The notes under the pieces were generated by a model. It worked only from the letters and a program-made list of their open reading frames with translations. It had not been told where the DNA came from and made no database searches. From positions 237,338,001 to 237,402,000 of the forward strand of contig NC_058368.1 of the NCBI RefSeq assembly GCF_018350175.1: a DNA stretch of 64,000 nucleotides, in the 5' to 3' direction. The DNA comes from Felis catus. Its lineage: Eukaryota. Position numbers and translations under genes: made by a program. Of the stretch, positions 50,238 to 62,800 are shown in pieces. The first letter of the stretch is position 1; each line of letters begins with the position of its first letter.

Positions 50238-50319
50238 AAAACCACTGCTAAATAACTCACGGCGCAGAGAAAGAATCGCTGTGGACCTAGAAAGTATTGA
50301 ACGCTGAGTGAGTAATTTT

Positions 50320-50455
50320 GGCAGACGGTCACTGTCACAGCACTCTCCATGTGCAAGCAGTGTTCTTAGACTTGTGCAGCTATTAAATCACTTAATTTTA
50401 ATGATAACCAGATGACGTAATAACTCCATCGTACTGAGATATAGAGTGGTTACAG
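50320..50455 (-). mobile_element. MIR fragment
   Basis: agcactctccatgtgcaagcagtgttcttag...attaaatcacttaatttta. Confidence 0.45.
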
Positions 50456-51200
50456 AATCTGTAAATCAGAAATACATATACTGGAAGAGATCATAGACCC
50501 TGTGTAAATGAATGCATGCCACTAAAAATCTAATAAGGGGTGCAAAACTAAACTACTTGATTCGTCTCAGAACCATAAAAGCACAGAAATTAGTAGATAC
50601 ATATTGTCCCAGAAAGAAAAATTTGGGCATGGATGGTTTGAACACCAAGTTCTGTGAAACAGTCAAGAAAAAATAATTTCAACGTGACGCACTCTCAAAG
50701 TAAAAATTAAAAAAAATAAAATAAATAAAATAAGAAAAAGATGAAACAGTCCTCTCCCATTCACTTTATGGGGTTAGTTTAACCTCGAAACCAAAAAGAG
50801 AGGTAACGCAGAAGACTATAGGCCCAATTCACTCGTATACATAGATGCCAAAATCATGGAGCATGATCCAACCAAACACAAGAAATACAAAAATCGTACA
50901 TCATGCCAAATTGTTTATCCCAGCAATCAGTCTTGTTTAACATTAGAAGAGTCAATTACATTAATTCATGGAAGAAGTCACAGAATCTCAACAGATGTCC
51001 AAGAATGCATTAAATGCATCTTTTTATTGTACATGATCTATAATAAATATACACAATAGTGTAAATATGTTCTACATTATAATCTGTTAGAACATCTTGT
51101 ATATTGTAATATATGTTATAACATATATGCATTTGTATGTATTAAAAGTATATTATAATTATATATATAAATTAAAGTGATATTAAATTTCTTATATGCC

Positions 51201-51672
51201 TGCGGTAGAGAGAATAATGCCCCCCTGCTGCCAGGATGCCCACTCCTAATTCCCAGACTCTGCGAATGCTACCCTACATGGGCAAAGGCACTTGAGCAGG
51301 CAGGACTAAATTAAGCACCTTGAGACAGAGAGCTTATCCCGGCTTTACCTGCTGGGCCCAGTCCGGTCATACTCATCCTAAAAAAGGAGACTTTCCAGGT
51401 GCCGTCAGAGGAGACACGGACAAGGATGAACATTTGGAGAAAGAACAGAGGCAGCAGTGACAGAGGACCGGGGCTCAGCCCTGCAGGCTTTGGAGATGGG
51501 GGCAGGGGCCCTGAGCCAGAGAATGTGGGCAGAAACCCGAGGAGCCATCCTCCCGCGCCCCCAGATAGGAAGACCCCCCGTCAGACTTCTAACCGACAGA
51601 ACTGTTAGATGATAAATTCGTGTTGTTTGGGGGCCACTAAACTTGTGGCAGTTTGTGACAGCAGCAATAGCA
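51201..51672 (+). mobile_element. MLT1D-like MaLR solo LTR
   Basis: tgcggtagagagaataatgccccc...ctacatgggcaaagg...aattaagcaccttgaga...cagaactgttagatgataaattcgtgttgttt...gtttgtgacagcagcaatag. Confidence 0.85.
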
Positions 51673-52161
51673 TTTATTTAGTTACCAGTGAGCCTGCAGT
51701 ATTTTTTTGTAATTTCTGACGCTTACGTTTTCTCTTTTGCACGTTACCTCTTTATTTCCTTTGCCTAATTTTTGTTAAAAAAAATTACTGCGGCCTCTCG
51801 ATATTAACACTTTATTTCCTATTGGTAGGTACTAACTCTTGTCTGTCACGTTACTTTGGCAATATACTGTCTATCTTTTATCATTGATGACAGTAGTATT
51901 TTTCTCTGGATTTTTACCAGTTTTTAGATCGAAATCAGTTGAACAGCTTCCTTGTTTCTGGTTTTGAAGTCATGTTTAATAATAAAGGTTTACCCAAAAA
52001 TGAAATAAATATTTATGTATGTTTTCCGTCAGAACATGACTGTCTTTTCATTTTGGATTTAAATTTTTAATTTGAATGTTAATTTTAAAAGCAGTAGTGT
52101 AGCATCCATTAGTATTCATTTTTTCCAAACAATAAGCCCGTCTTTTAAATACAATCTTTTT

Positions 52162-52378
52162 TTAAATTTTTTTTAACATTTATTCATTTTTGAGAGTGAG
52201 AGAGACAGAGCATGAGCGGGGGAGGGACAGAGAGAGAGGGAGACACAGAATCTGAAACAGGCTCCAGGCTCCGAGCTGTCAGCACAGGGCCCAATGCGGG
52301 GCTCGAACTCACGGACCGCGAGATCATGAGCTGAGCCGAAGTCAGATGCTCAACCGACTTGAGCCACCCAGGCGCCCC
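52162..52378 (-). mobile_element. Can-SINE, left unit of a head-to-tail dimer
   Basis: Full body with gctgtcagcacag-type diagnostics. Confidence 0.96.
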
Positions 52379-52581
52379 AACATTTATTCATTTTTGAGAG
52401 TGAGAGAGATAAAGCATGAGCAGGGGAGGGGCAGAGAGGGAGGGAGACACAGAATCTGAAGCAGGCTCCAGGCTCTGAGCCATCAGCCCAGAGCCCGACG
52501 CGGGGCTCGAACCCATGGACCGCGAGATCATGACCTGAGCCGAAGTCGGACGCTCAACCGACTGAGCCACCCAGGCGCCCC
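52379..52581 (-). mobile_element. Can-SINE, right unit of a head-to-tail dimer
   Basis: Full body with gccatcagcccag-type diagnostics; TSD ttaaatac(a/g)atcttttt brackets the whole dimer. Confidence 0.96.
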
Positions 52582-52794
52582 TTAAATACGATCTTTTTAA
52601 TAATCCCTCTTATTCCTACCAATTTGTAATTTCAAGTTTATCACATCCTAAATTCTTTATACTATGTCTGACTTGTTTCATTTTGTTCTATTGACATATC
52701 AGCCAGTCCTCAGGCTAATGTATGTGGTTTACATTATTTTAACTTTATATTACATGTTTTGGTCTGTTATTGCAAATTCTCCCTCATTAGTCTT

Positions 52795-53011
52795 TTTTTA
52801 ATGTTTATTTATTTATTTTGAGAGAGTGAGAGAGAGAAAGGGAGTGTGTGCAAGCAGGGGAGGGGCAGAGACGGGAGAAGAGAATCCCAAGCAGGCTCCA
52901 CGCTGTCAGCACAGAGCCTGGTGCGGGGCTTGAACTCACGAACCGTGAGATCGTGACCTGAGGCGAAATCCAGAGTCGGGCACTTAACCGACTGAGCCAC
53001 CCAGGTGGTCC
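52795..53011 (-). mobile_element. Can-SINE (SINEC_Fc3/older type)
   Basis: gagaatcccaagcaggctccacgctgtcagc type; TSD tccctcatt(a/t)gtctt. Confidence 0.95.
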
Positions 53012-55089
53012 TTCCCTCATTTGTCTTGTTTTCAAAAATATTCCTGGTAATTTTCGAGTACGTACTTGTAGGTGAACCTGAGGGCCGTTTGTGAGGTTAA
53101 AAACACTGTCGGAATTTAGGTTGAAGTTACATTAAATGTAGCGTAATTCAGGCTCTCTGCCCCCTGTCCAGCCTGTGCGCACACCTTCCGGTGTCCGGGG
53201 CACCAGCGAACCCCCCAGACCCTCTGCCCCCGGGAGCCGGGGACCAACCCCTGGTCACAGCTGCACACTGGCTCCTATTTCCAGTTAGAGACACTTTTCC
53301 TCGCCTTTCTGCTTTTCTACCGTTCGCTTCCTTTTTCTTCCTCTTGTGAACCTTCCTTTCCAGGTGGCGGCTGGGCTGACAGGCGGCCTCCTCATCCCGG
53401 AGGACTGAGCTGGGGGAGGCCGGAGCCCAGGGAGGGCTCAGGTATCAGCGGGGTGAGAAGCAGGAGAGCCGGAGTGGGAGGCAGCACAGGTGAGCCAGTG
53501 TGGATGGGTGCTCAGCCAGGTGATGGGGGCTCAGTACCCCCAGGCTCACACTGGCTTTCAGGGTGCCCCACATCTAAGCCTGGGCACCCCCTGACCTGTG
53601 GGTGGCACCCATTAGTGCCTGCAGCCGGCCGGGGCAGGGGGCAAGGACCGACGACACGGGCCTCTAGGGGCACAGGTACCCACGGCACTGATCGGGCCCC
53701 CCGTCCCCACGCTCTGCTCTCTTTCGCCCTTTATGATCGTTGAGGGAGTCTTAGTGACAAGGCCCCAAGGGCCCCAGAAGCCAAAGGCCACCCCTCCTGC
53801 TTGCTTTTTCGCCAGCCATCACTGTGGCACAGACAAGGCGCATAAGCATCACGCTGCACGGCAAAGATGCCGAAAAGGAAAGGAAGGAAGCTTCTCCTCC
53901 TCTAGATGAAGGCTCACACCCGCTCCGTGCCACCACAGTCCTGCACAGCAGACGCCCGAGGGCAGTGGCCTCGTTTACCGAGGCGGTTCCAAGTAGGAGG
54001 ACAGGTTATGAGCCCAGAGAGAAAGATGGAACAGAACCCTCACCATGAAGAACAGAGGGGATAAGACCGCGAGACCCACCCACATTTCCGTGGGAAAGTA
54101 AAGCAGCCACATAGCTCAGAAAACAAAATATTTGGGTCCCTGTAACTAGCATGTGGCACATGTGGAAGATATAATCTACGATCGATTCTTATCTTTAGAA
54201 ACAAAAACACTCAAGAGTATTATTACACAGGCATTGTTTGTTACTCTAACGGTCTTCCTCCTCCTCCATAACCCAGTGGCCGTGAGCTAGATGACCCGGG
54301 TTCTGTAGATATTGGGTCATTCTACTCACCCCCGAGAAGCGACAAGGCACAGACCAATTTCCTGGGACTGGCCCGTAACTTTCCCAGGAAATGGTATGAA
54401 ACTTAAAGGAAAGGTGTTCGGAATCCAACGGGAATTGCTGGGGAACCGGGAGAAAGGAGTCTACAAAACCCTCCTCCTGGCTGCCTTCCTCGAGCTGCAT
54501 TGCCCAGGGAACGATTAAAAGTGAAAAACAAATCCTTGAGCAATCCTTGGGCATAAACGATTATTTCCTTTCACATTTGGGGCCATAGCACATACCCGAT
54601 CTTCAAGTCTGCCTCTCAAAGGCACCGTCTGGGAAGGGGAAGGCCAAGCCGACGCTGCTCTGTGTCCTGCTTCGGGTGATAGTGCACAGCGGGGGGGGAG
54701 GCGGGCCCAGGAGGTGTCCCAGGGGACCCCTGCTGCCTCTTCCCATTCCTGCCTGTGACCCAGCGGCAGCCCACAGGGCCTCGCCACAGATCCCCACGCC
54801 CAGATACACATGGTTTCAGCATCCGACCCATTGCATATCAGTCAAATGACTAAGATTTTTAAAAATAGCTTTAGTGAATCTACATCCATCAAAACTATAC
54901 AAAGTATATTTTAAAAAATCCCCTTTCTGAAGCCTTTAAAAAAATTCAGGGGATGTCCATGGTTTTAGAAATCCTCTGCTAGTCTCTCTTAGGAACACAC
55001 ACCCGGGAAAAATGTGACCCTGGGCTCACGGGGACCAAGTGCGGCCGTGTTCTGGCTCCAAGCCACACCTGTCACGTACTCCGTCTCAG

Positions 55090-55240
55090 TGGCAGCTGCG
55101 TGAGGTCACCACCGTCCCTATCCACATTTCACGGATGAAAAAATCAAGGCTCCGAGAGATGAACTTCCCCATGTGGTAAAACTGGGAAACGGAGAAGCCG
55201 TGATGTAAAGACAGGTCTGTTTGACTCAGAAGCGTGTGCT
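55090..55240 (-). mobile_element. MIR
   Basis: ccacatttcacggatgaaaaaatcaaggctccgagagatgaa...caggtctgtttgactcagaagc. Confidence 0.7.
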
Positions 55241-55673
55241 GATAACTTTCGCCTCCACCGGTGAGGGCCTCGTGGCGGGTACCACCCACGTGAAGGCTGT
55301 GGCCAGGAGAAGCGTGCTGGTGAGTGGTGCCTCCTGTGGCCTTCTCAGACCCTCTCCCTGTGCACAGAAACGGCTTCCTGCTGCTGTTGCAATCTTCTTG
55401 AGCTGACAAGCCCATAGTTCGCATGTTCAAAGCACACTTCAAATTTTCCAAAGTGCGAAAAGAACTATAGACTTTTAAGCCTTTAAGTTAACGAAATCAT
55501 GGGGAGGTTGCCGAGACAGATACTGTCACGAGACATGTTGCAAAGCTGCACAGGAATTAGAAGGCGTGAAACGTCTATGAAAGAAAACATGATGATGGGT
55601 GTGGTACTTGTTTGTGTAAAGCGCGATTCATAAGATCTTATGTGTAGAAACTAGTCATAAAAATAAGATGTTA

Positions 55674-55890
55674 GGGGCGCCTAGGTGGCTCAGTTGGTTA
55701 AGCGGCCGACTTCGGCTCAGGTCACGATCTCGCAGTCTGTGAGTTCGAGCCCCACGTCGGGCTCTGTGCTGACAGCTCTGAGCCTGGAGCCCGTTTCAGA
55801 TTCTGTGTCTCCCTCTCTCTGACCCTCCCCTGTGCATGCTCTGTCTCTCCCTGTCTCAAAAATAAATAAAACGTTAAAAAAAAATTTAAA
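55674..55890 (+). mobile_element. Can-SINE (SINEC_Fc2-like)
   Basis: Full body; TSD aagatgtta preceded by an A run. Confidence 0.96.
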
Positions 55891-58800
55891 AAAAGATGTT
55901 AAAGAGTGATAAACGGTCCTTCTTGGTATTAAAAGTCCAATTCTTAAAGTTTTCACTTGCATAAAATGTTAGGTACAAGAAAGAGACAGAGACAGAAACC
56001 ATCTATGAGCGAACGCATAAAATACACAATCCGGCAGATTAATACAGGAATAGAAATGAGATGTTTCTTAATCCTGGATGGATTGTTGACTTACTTGGAA
56101 TCATCCTATCTGCTACTTTCTCGATTACTGCACGTGCCAACGTTTTCAAACTTGGACACGCTCACAAACATGTTGAAAATGGTAGAAGGATCTTTCTGAA
56201 AGCCCAAAACTGAAGGGCGAGTCCAGGTTCCGAAGACTGGTGCAGCAGACCACACAGCTCCTCCTGGGCGTCCTCGGCTTGGACTTTGGGGCTCTCGGTG
56301 TGGGCTGCTGCTGTCGCATCTAAATCTGACCTCGATGAGTGTGCTCGGGTCTCAGCAGGTGTAGTCCGGTCTGTCGTGGGTGTTGTTTACACGGGGGGAG
56401 AATAAAATACGATTTAAGAAATCGCATTCACATGGGGGCCCGTCAGCCACTCGTCCCCAAGAAGCCCTCTGTGAGGTCACTGTCTAGGACCACCCTTGAT
56501 TCGGGGGGCCAAATGCCTCCTTTCCGGTGAGCACTGGAGACGGGAGCAGAGCCGAGGCGCCCGGCAGGAGGTCCAAGGCGACGGGGTGCCCGGCACCCAC
56601 TCTACCCATCCGTCCGCTGTGTCATTTTATTTTAAGGCCAGGTTGGATGTAGCACATTGAAACTCTCTTTAATCATTTTGTCCTAAAATCTGCCCGGTAC
56701 CCTCCGCCCCTTTTCAGTACGACTTTTGAGCGTTTTGATCTCCGGACTGCTCCGTATATTAGAAGTCTAATCCTGCATTGAAACGTATTTCTACATTTCA
56801 TCAAACAGTTGGATTTAAATTTCCTGTGGCCTCGACAGCCGGTGGGATCCACGCCCTTCCTCGATGTGGTAGGCGGGCCCTTTATTCCCTTTCTGCGAAA
56901 TAAGAGTAAAAATGTTTGCTGACGACGACGATGCGTTTGCAAATACTCGACGGCTTAGCATCACAAACACTGAACATTCATGGCCCGGGCTTCCCAAGCC
57001 GCCTAATTAAAGATGTGCTCCTTCCCGGCACCGCGTTCACAGGCAGGAGAGGCCGCATTCGGATGAGCGGGCCCTTCCCCGCGCGGCTCGAATAGAGAGC
57101 TTAGCACCCAGGGCTGCTGTCTGTGCAGCTGGGCCGTCCAGGCCCCGCGAGGCTGCAGATTACGGCTATTCTCCCCACACGCCGCACGATTCTTCACGCT
57201 CTGGAAATATTTTGCTTATCAGTAAGAAGCACGGATCAACACCTCGCACCCCGGCCCGGGGAGACCTGGAGAACGAGGTCATCAATATTCAGATAAGGTC
57301 GGGCTCTCCCGGCACCCCACTATTAATTTGCCTCTAAAGCGAAGGCTTCCACCGCGGAAGCCCTTTGCCTTGTTGAGTCCTGCTCGGGGCCCCTCCCGCC
57401 CTGGCCTGGGAGCGTAGACCCGGCCTGGAGCCGCTCCCCACGGTAGCTCCCCGCCTTCCCAAGCCCTTGTCTCTTTCATCCCTGATGCTCCCATCAGCCC
57501 AGCTCTGGGCAAGCATGCAAATGCACCATGTGACTTTGGAGGGTTGGCAATCAGGAGGAAGGGGCGTCTCCAGACTGGGAACTCGAGTCAGCTGGTCCAT
57601 GCAGGTGCCCAGATTGGGAAGAGGAGATTTTTATAAACACTGTGTCTTTGCCTCCTCTGTACGCTGAAGGATGGGTTTGCTCCCCAGGCTGGAGGGCCCA
57701 GAGCAGCCCTACTCCCCCTGCACACCCCTCACAGCCAGGACCCACGGACGCCCATCACCTACTGATGGCCTTGAGCTCTCTCCTGGGGATGCTGGTTCTG
57801 AATGACACTGTCCGTAGGGAGACCCGGCTAACATTGAGTTTGTCATTTGTCTCTTGGAAGCCAAGTGCAGGCCTGGTTTTCCCACCAGCATGCCCATAAC
57901 TTGTGGCTTATTTGAATTTTCTAAAAGACGTTCATGAGGTTGTCACATGCGTGAATTTGTTTTTATCTTGATACGGCTTACATTTTCAAAACAGTCTGAA
58001 AATTAAATTATCTTAAATGCACTCAGTCATTAAGAATTCCCCCAAATACCTAGTATTTGGGCATTCTGATTTCCATCAACCTATAAAAATCACATTTTAC
58101 ATTAAAACTGCAGATTAAGTTCATAGTCTCAATCATTAAAAGGATCTCCTTTTTAGCTTACAATCTAACCTGTTCTGAAACACAGGAGATGGGACACTAA
58201 AGTTAACTTTTTTTAAATTGTCGCTTTTGCCTTAACTAAAGGAAGACTCTTACTAGCCTCCCACTGGCACTGCCTGAGAGCCCAAACCTGTCCTGAGTTT
58301 AGGGTACTCTAAAATAGCTTTACCTGAATTAAAGAGAGAAAATAAAAATCTGGGGGAAACGTGCGTTTATCCTGACCTGTCTTGAAGTTCAGAATGAGTT
58401 TCCAAATACCCCTAGGAGTCGTGGCCCTTAAAAGCGTGAGCAGCTCACTTTCAAAGACACATTTCCTGTTTACTTAATATTTCTCATTTGCAATTCAAAT
58501 GGCGCTCATCAGGCCGACAATTATAACTTGAGGACAATCCCTACATCACGCAGGAAGTCTGAAAACGGCACGGAAGAGGTGCCACCTTAACATTTTCCAG
58601 GAGAGCCAGCGCTGCCTTTTCGACACAGGGGACCCTCGAGCCACGTCCGGGACCCTGCGTGCTCGTCTCCGTGTGACTGACACACGCCTGCACCCCCATT
58701 TCCACTGAGTCACAATCTGTGCGGAGCGTAGCTCCGGGCTGAAGAGCAAATCTGCCTTCCCGGTCAAATGGCCAGGAAGGGTTTCTTGAAGGCTTTGGTG

Positions 58801-59550
58801 GCTCCCGACATAGACTCTGCTGCCCGGGCTTGGGTCCTGCCCGTGTTAGCCCTCGGTGGACAGCAAACGCCTTCTCTGGCATCTGAGAGGCAGTGTTCCC
58901 TTTCGATCGTGGAATTTCAACCTCGGACGGGATTTGGAGCCACCGCGGGCCGCCTGCAGGGTCACGGCAGGTGCCGCGGGGCCGCGTGGGGAGCGGTGGG
59001 CCGAGGGGTGAACCCAGCACGCTCGCTCCTGAACCGGGTTGGGGCGGCGTGGGAGCGAGGCCACGTGAACTTCATCTCAGACAAGAAGTGCGCAGCCTCC
59101 ACCAGCACACCTGGAGAGGTAGGTACTCGGCAGGGACCAGGACAAAAAAGATGAATTATTCATGGGTTAAAAGCCCCGCGATGCCCAGAACAAAAAGCGC
59201 CACATCGCGTCACTCTGCGGTTTGTTTCTTTCTCGTAAGTAGAGCATGAGCACGGTGAAGCAGGGCGCGGTTGTGGGAACAGAGTCTTGCCTCGTCACAG
59301 GCTGCAGTGGTGACACTGAAAAGAGCCCAAGGGTGGGGACGCCAAGGCGCCCGCGGGAGGGAGGACTGGCCTTCTGTGTAGATCCCTCACAAGGCTGTGG
59401 GGGATGCAGACCCTCGTTCATGTAACGGTAAGAAAAGGCCTCTAAACAATAACTGATACCCTGGAAATACCTTGTGAGTAAGTCAGACGTTTTAAATAAT
59501 ATTCTTCCTAAGGATTTGACGAGTAAAACCATGAATAAGTAAACACATAT

Positions 59551-59782
59551 TTAAAAAATTATTTATATTTATTTTTTTAATTTATTTATGACAGAGAGAG
59601 AGAGAGAGAGCTTGCAAGCATGTGAGCGAGGGAGGGAGGGGCAGAGAGAGAGAATCCCAAGCAGGCTTTGCACTGTCAGTGCAGAGGCTTGACTCAGGGC
59701 TCGATTTCACGAACAATGGGATCGTGACTTGAGCCGAAATCAGGAGTCGGATGCTTACCTGACTGAACCACACAGGCGCCCC
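59551..59782 (-). mobile_element. Can-SINE (SINEC_Fc3/older type) nested in the tail of a short SINE
   Basis: gagaatcccaagcaggc...gaaccacacaggcgcccc. Confidence 0.92.
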
Positions 59783-59880
59783 TGATCTTCAAGGGAGCTT
59801 TACACCCATCATGGGGCTTGAACTCACAACCCTGAGGTCAAGAGCTACATGTTCCACTGGCTGAGCCAGCGGGGCGTCCC
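59783..59880 (-). mobile_element. Short tRNA-like carnivore SINE (SINEC_b-type)
   Basis: tacacccatcatggggcttgaactcacaaccctgaggtcaagagctacatgttccactggctgagccagc; outer TSD aacacata. Confidence 0.85.
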
Positions 59881-62800
59881 GAGAACACATAACTTATTTT
59901 AGGTTTGAACTCCAGTTTTGAAATACAACACGGAGCCGATATATGGAACCTTACGCCATCTGCACGTGGAATGGAGTGTGGTGGTGTAATTCGAAGTTAT
60001 ACCGGGGTCGGGGAACTTACGGGCAGACACAGAGTGGCCAGAGTCGGGAGTGGACCGTCTAGGGCCAAGGGAGCCGCGGCGACTCCAACCCGAGACAGAA
60101 GCAAACGAGTGCGGGGCACCGATTGGCCGATGGCACCCATAACCCTCAGACCCGGGAGGGCGCCTACCGTTCCAAACTACACAGCCAGGGATGCGCCCCA
60201 GTGTCCGGCTGCAGCCTGGGGTGGCGGCCACACTTCCTCGCCTCCCCCGGGGGCCGGTGGGTGACGCCGTTCGAGGGGCAAGGTCGGGAACGGGCTTCGC
60301 GCTGCGATCCCAGCGGAAACGAGCAAGTGCCAGAGCTGATTCGCGTGTTTGTGCGCTTTCTACAGCAATGGCCGAAGTTACTTGGAACTCATCCAAAAAT
60401 GCGTTCCGCGAGGACAGTTTTATTACTGATACTGTTTAGAATCGGTGCATGGTGATAATTAGAGGGGCACCGACGTTTAGTCCCCTTTTGGTATTTCACA
60501 TTCCCTACAGATAATGCACCCTCGTTGCCCGAACCAGCACAGCCTGCACCTGATCCCCCCGCCGGGTGGCGGGGGCCGCGAGACTGGGTCTCTGAGGCAG
60601 CCCAGCCTGCACCCTGGACCAGTGAGCAAAGAGGCTTCCAGGCCCCTCATCGGGCTGCCCCGTCAAGGCCCCGGGCGCCATGCAGCAGCCCCGAGCTGCC
60701 CTCTGCCCTTTCCCAGGTCCTGGCCCGAGAACCTGGGGGCATCACACAGGGCTGTCCCGTGCACCGCACGCTGAGGCGGCATGCTTTGCTGCACTAAACA
60801 CCTAGAGCACAGTCATTCGCGCCTCTCCTCTTCCGTGCGTCCACCAGGGCCCTGGGGCATCTACGTGTGACCAGGACAGGTTCTCTGCTTCCCGGAGAAT
60901 CAGACCGTTCTGACATCCTTGTCCCACCTGAGTGCCGGAGCTGACCCAGCCCGCACGCACACGGGCCTCAGGAATGGGCCCGATTCTGACGACCTACGTT
61001 TGCCTCTCAAGCTCAGGGGGCCTCCCCGTGGACCTACCGGCCTAATAAACACGGAACTTGGAAGACCTGTGCAGCAAGTAAGATCGGAGAACGTCCGACG
61101 ACAGAATCCACGCTTCCCATTTTAGAAGAAAAACAAAAACATTGCCGTGTCCTTTAGACGCCTTTTGTCCGCACAAGGTTGACTGTGTGTCTGTCCTGTC
61201 CATCCCGTGCTCTCGGCTCCAACTCGCCTGGACAACAAAACACGGCGTCTGTCTCTGCACACTCTCTGCGCCCTCGCTGTAGTTACTTACTCTTTCTCAA
61301 ACCTGTCTTCCCCAGGCACTGCGTTACAGCCACCTCCCACTGCTGGCAAAGAGCCTGCCCAGAGCTTGTGCCCCATGACACGGGAGGATGTCCCCGGCAT
61401 TTCGTGCTTCAGAGCTGTAAATCATCTAAACTGCAAGCCAAGAGCTGGGGATTATCATCAGCCGGAAGGAAAGCTGCACCGCCAAGCACGAACCCCCTGT
61501 TTATGCTCGAGTCCAGGTAACAGCTCAGCCCAGGCAACTCTTTAAGGGCCGGTGCCCAGAGGGCCCCGTTACGGGTTCTTCCGACTGATGGCACGGTGGG
61601 CCATCTGGGATACCACTGATGTCTCCCGTGGTAACTCACGTAGTGATATCCCAAACTCACGTCTACTGGAGAAGGTCACTCAACACAAAGAGGGCCAACC
61701 GTTCTGCCACAGTCCTGCTCTCCGCCTCCAGGAGAGGTGTCCGAGGGGGCCTTCCCACCTGAGCCATGGAAGAAGGAAAGTTATCCTGTTTTCTTGCTTT
61801 TACGATCGCCTTCCTTCCTGTATTCTTTATAGGAAATGAGAGGAAGGAAAAGACAAGAACCCTGTGTTTGTTCCCGGAGAAGAGGCAGAACTCGGACTCC
61901 TTCGGCACCGCCGGGCTGGCCGGCAGAGGCCACGGGCTAGGGCATCTCTTAGTTCATGGGGACGGGCCGCCGGCCTTCCTTCTCCCTTCACAGCCTGCCG
62001 GCTAAGAGTCCTCAGGACTGGGCGCCCACACACAAGCCCCATTCTGATTACAAGCGTCCGTGCCACTGTGTTTGGAAACTTTCCCAGAAGCGTCCTCCAT
62101 TTGGCTAATCAATTCACTTGAAGACTCTTAGCTCTGGGTCCAACTGGAGTGAGAACCAATGTATATTGTGAAATATGTCTTGCTTAACGTTTTTCACAAA
62201 AAGACATGCTGTGCCCATTAAACTCAGTATTTCTACAACATTTTGTTCTACACCCCAGTGCACGGCCAAGTGGTTTCTAGCACGTTCTTGTGCAAATGAA
62301 CGAAAAAGCAAAGCGTGCAAATGGAATCACCCACGTGAGGGGAAAGTGTGACACGAACACAGAAATAGTTCCCTTTGCCCATTTCATCCCCGTGATTCTT
62401 TCTCTTTGTAAAATTAGAAAACCCTGCTTTGAATGAAAACTCTGGTGGCCTGTCATTTACGGTCAGTTTAATCACTGACACATTCCTAAAACCAAAGAAC
62501 TCATTCTGAGACGGGCACAGAAAGTCGCAGACACGGTCCCTGCCGAACAGCACTCTCCGGCTTTCAAACTTTTTCGTCTGCCGTTTGACTTTGAATCTGA
62601 GGACCTAACTCGGGAGGAGCTGGATCACATCGTCGCGTCTGACAGTAAAGGAGTTTCCTCCTGGGAGGGCCCATGAGCGAGAGCAGCCCCAAGCCCATTT
62701 TGGACTCGAGAACAGCGCCCACTGCCCCCGACGGGGCTGACCGCGCGGCTCTGGGCCCAGGGACAAAGGCAATGTGGAAACAAACACCTGTGTTCCTTTC

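Larger units (their letters stand above)
48250..51030 (+). mobile_element. Old L1 ORF2 (endonuclease to RT) fragments, interrupted several times
   Basis: acaaatggactaagaactctaattaaa, gaaaaaagatatggcaggaaaatagtaacca, aacagaatacaaattatttt, atacttggaaattaag, gactataggcccaattcactcgtatacatagatgc. Confidence 0.75.
51700..53150 (-). mobile_element. Highly diverged old L1 fragment hosting three SINEs
   Basis: T-rich antisense L1-like phrases (tcctttgcctaattttt, ttctggttttgaagtcatgttta, ttttgttctattgac, tttaggttgaagttacattaaatgt). Confidence 0.55.

Noticed and set aside
52388..53035. Recurrent MAQSVERPTSAQVMIS-type peptides, which could look like a gene family
   Set aside because: Translations of Can-SINE copies
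59783..59880. tRNA-like A/B box sequence
   Set aside because: tRNA-derived SINE head with TSD, not a tRNA gene
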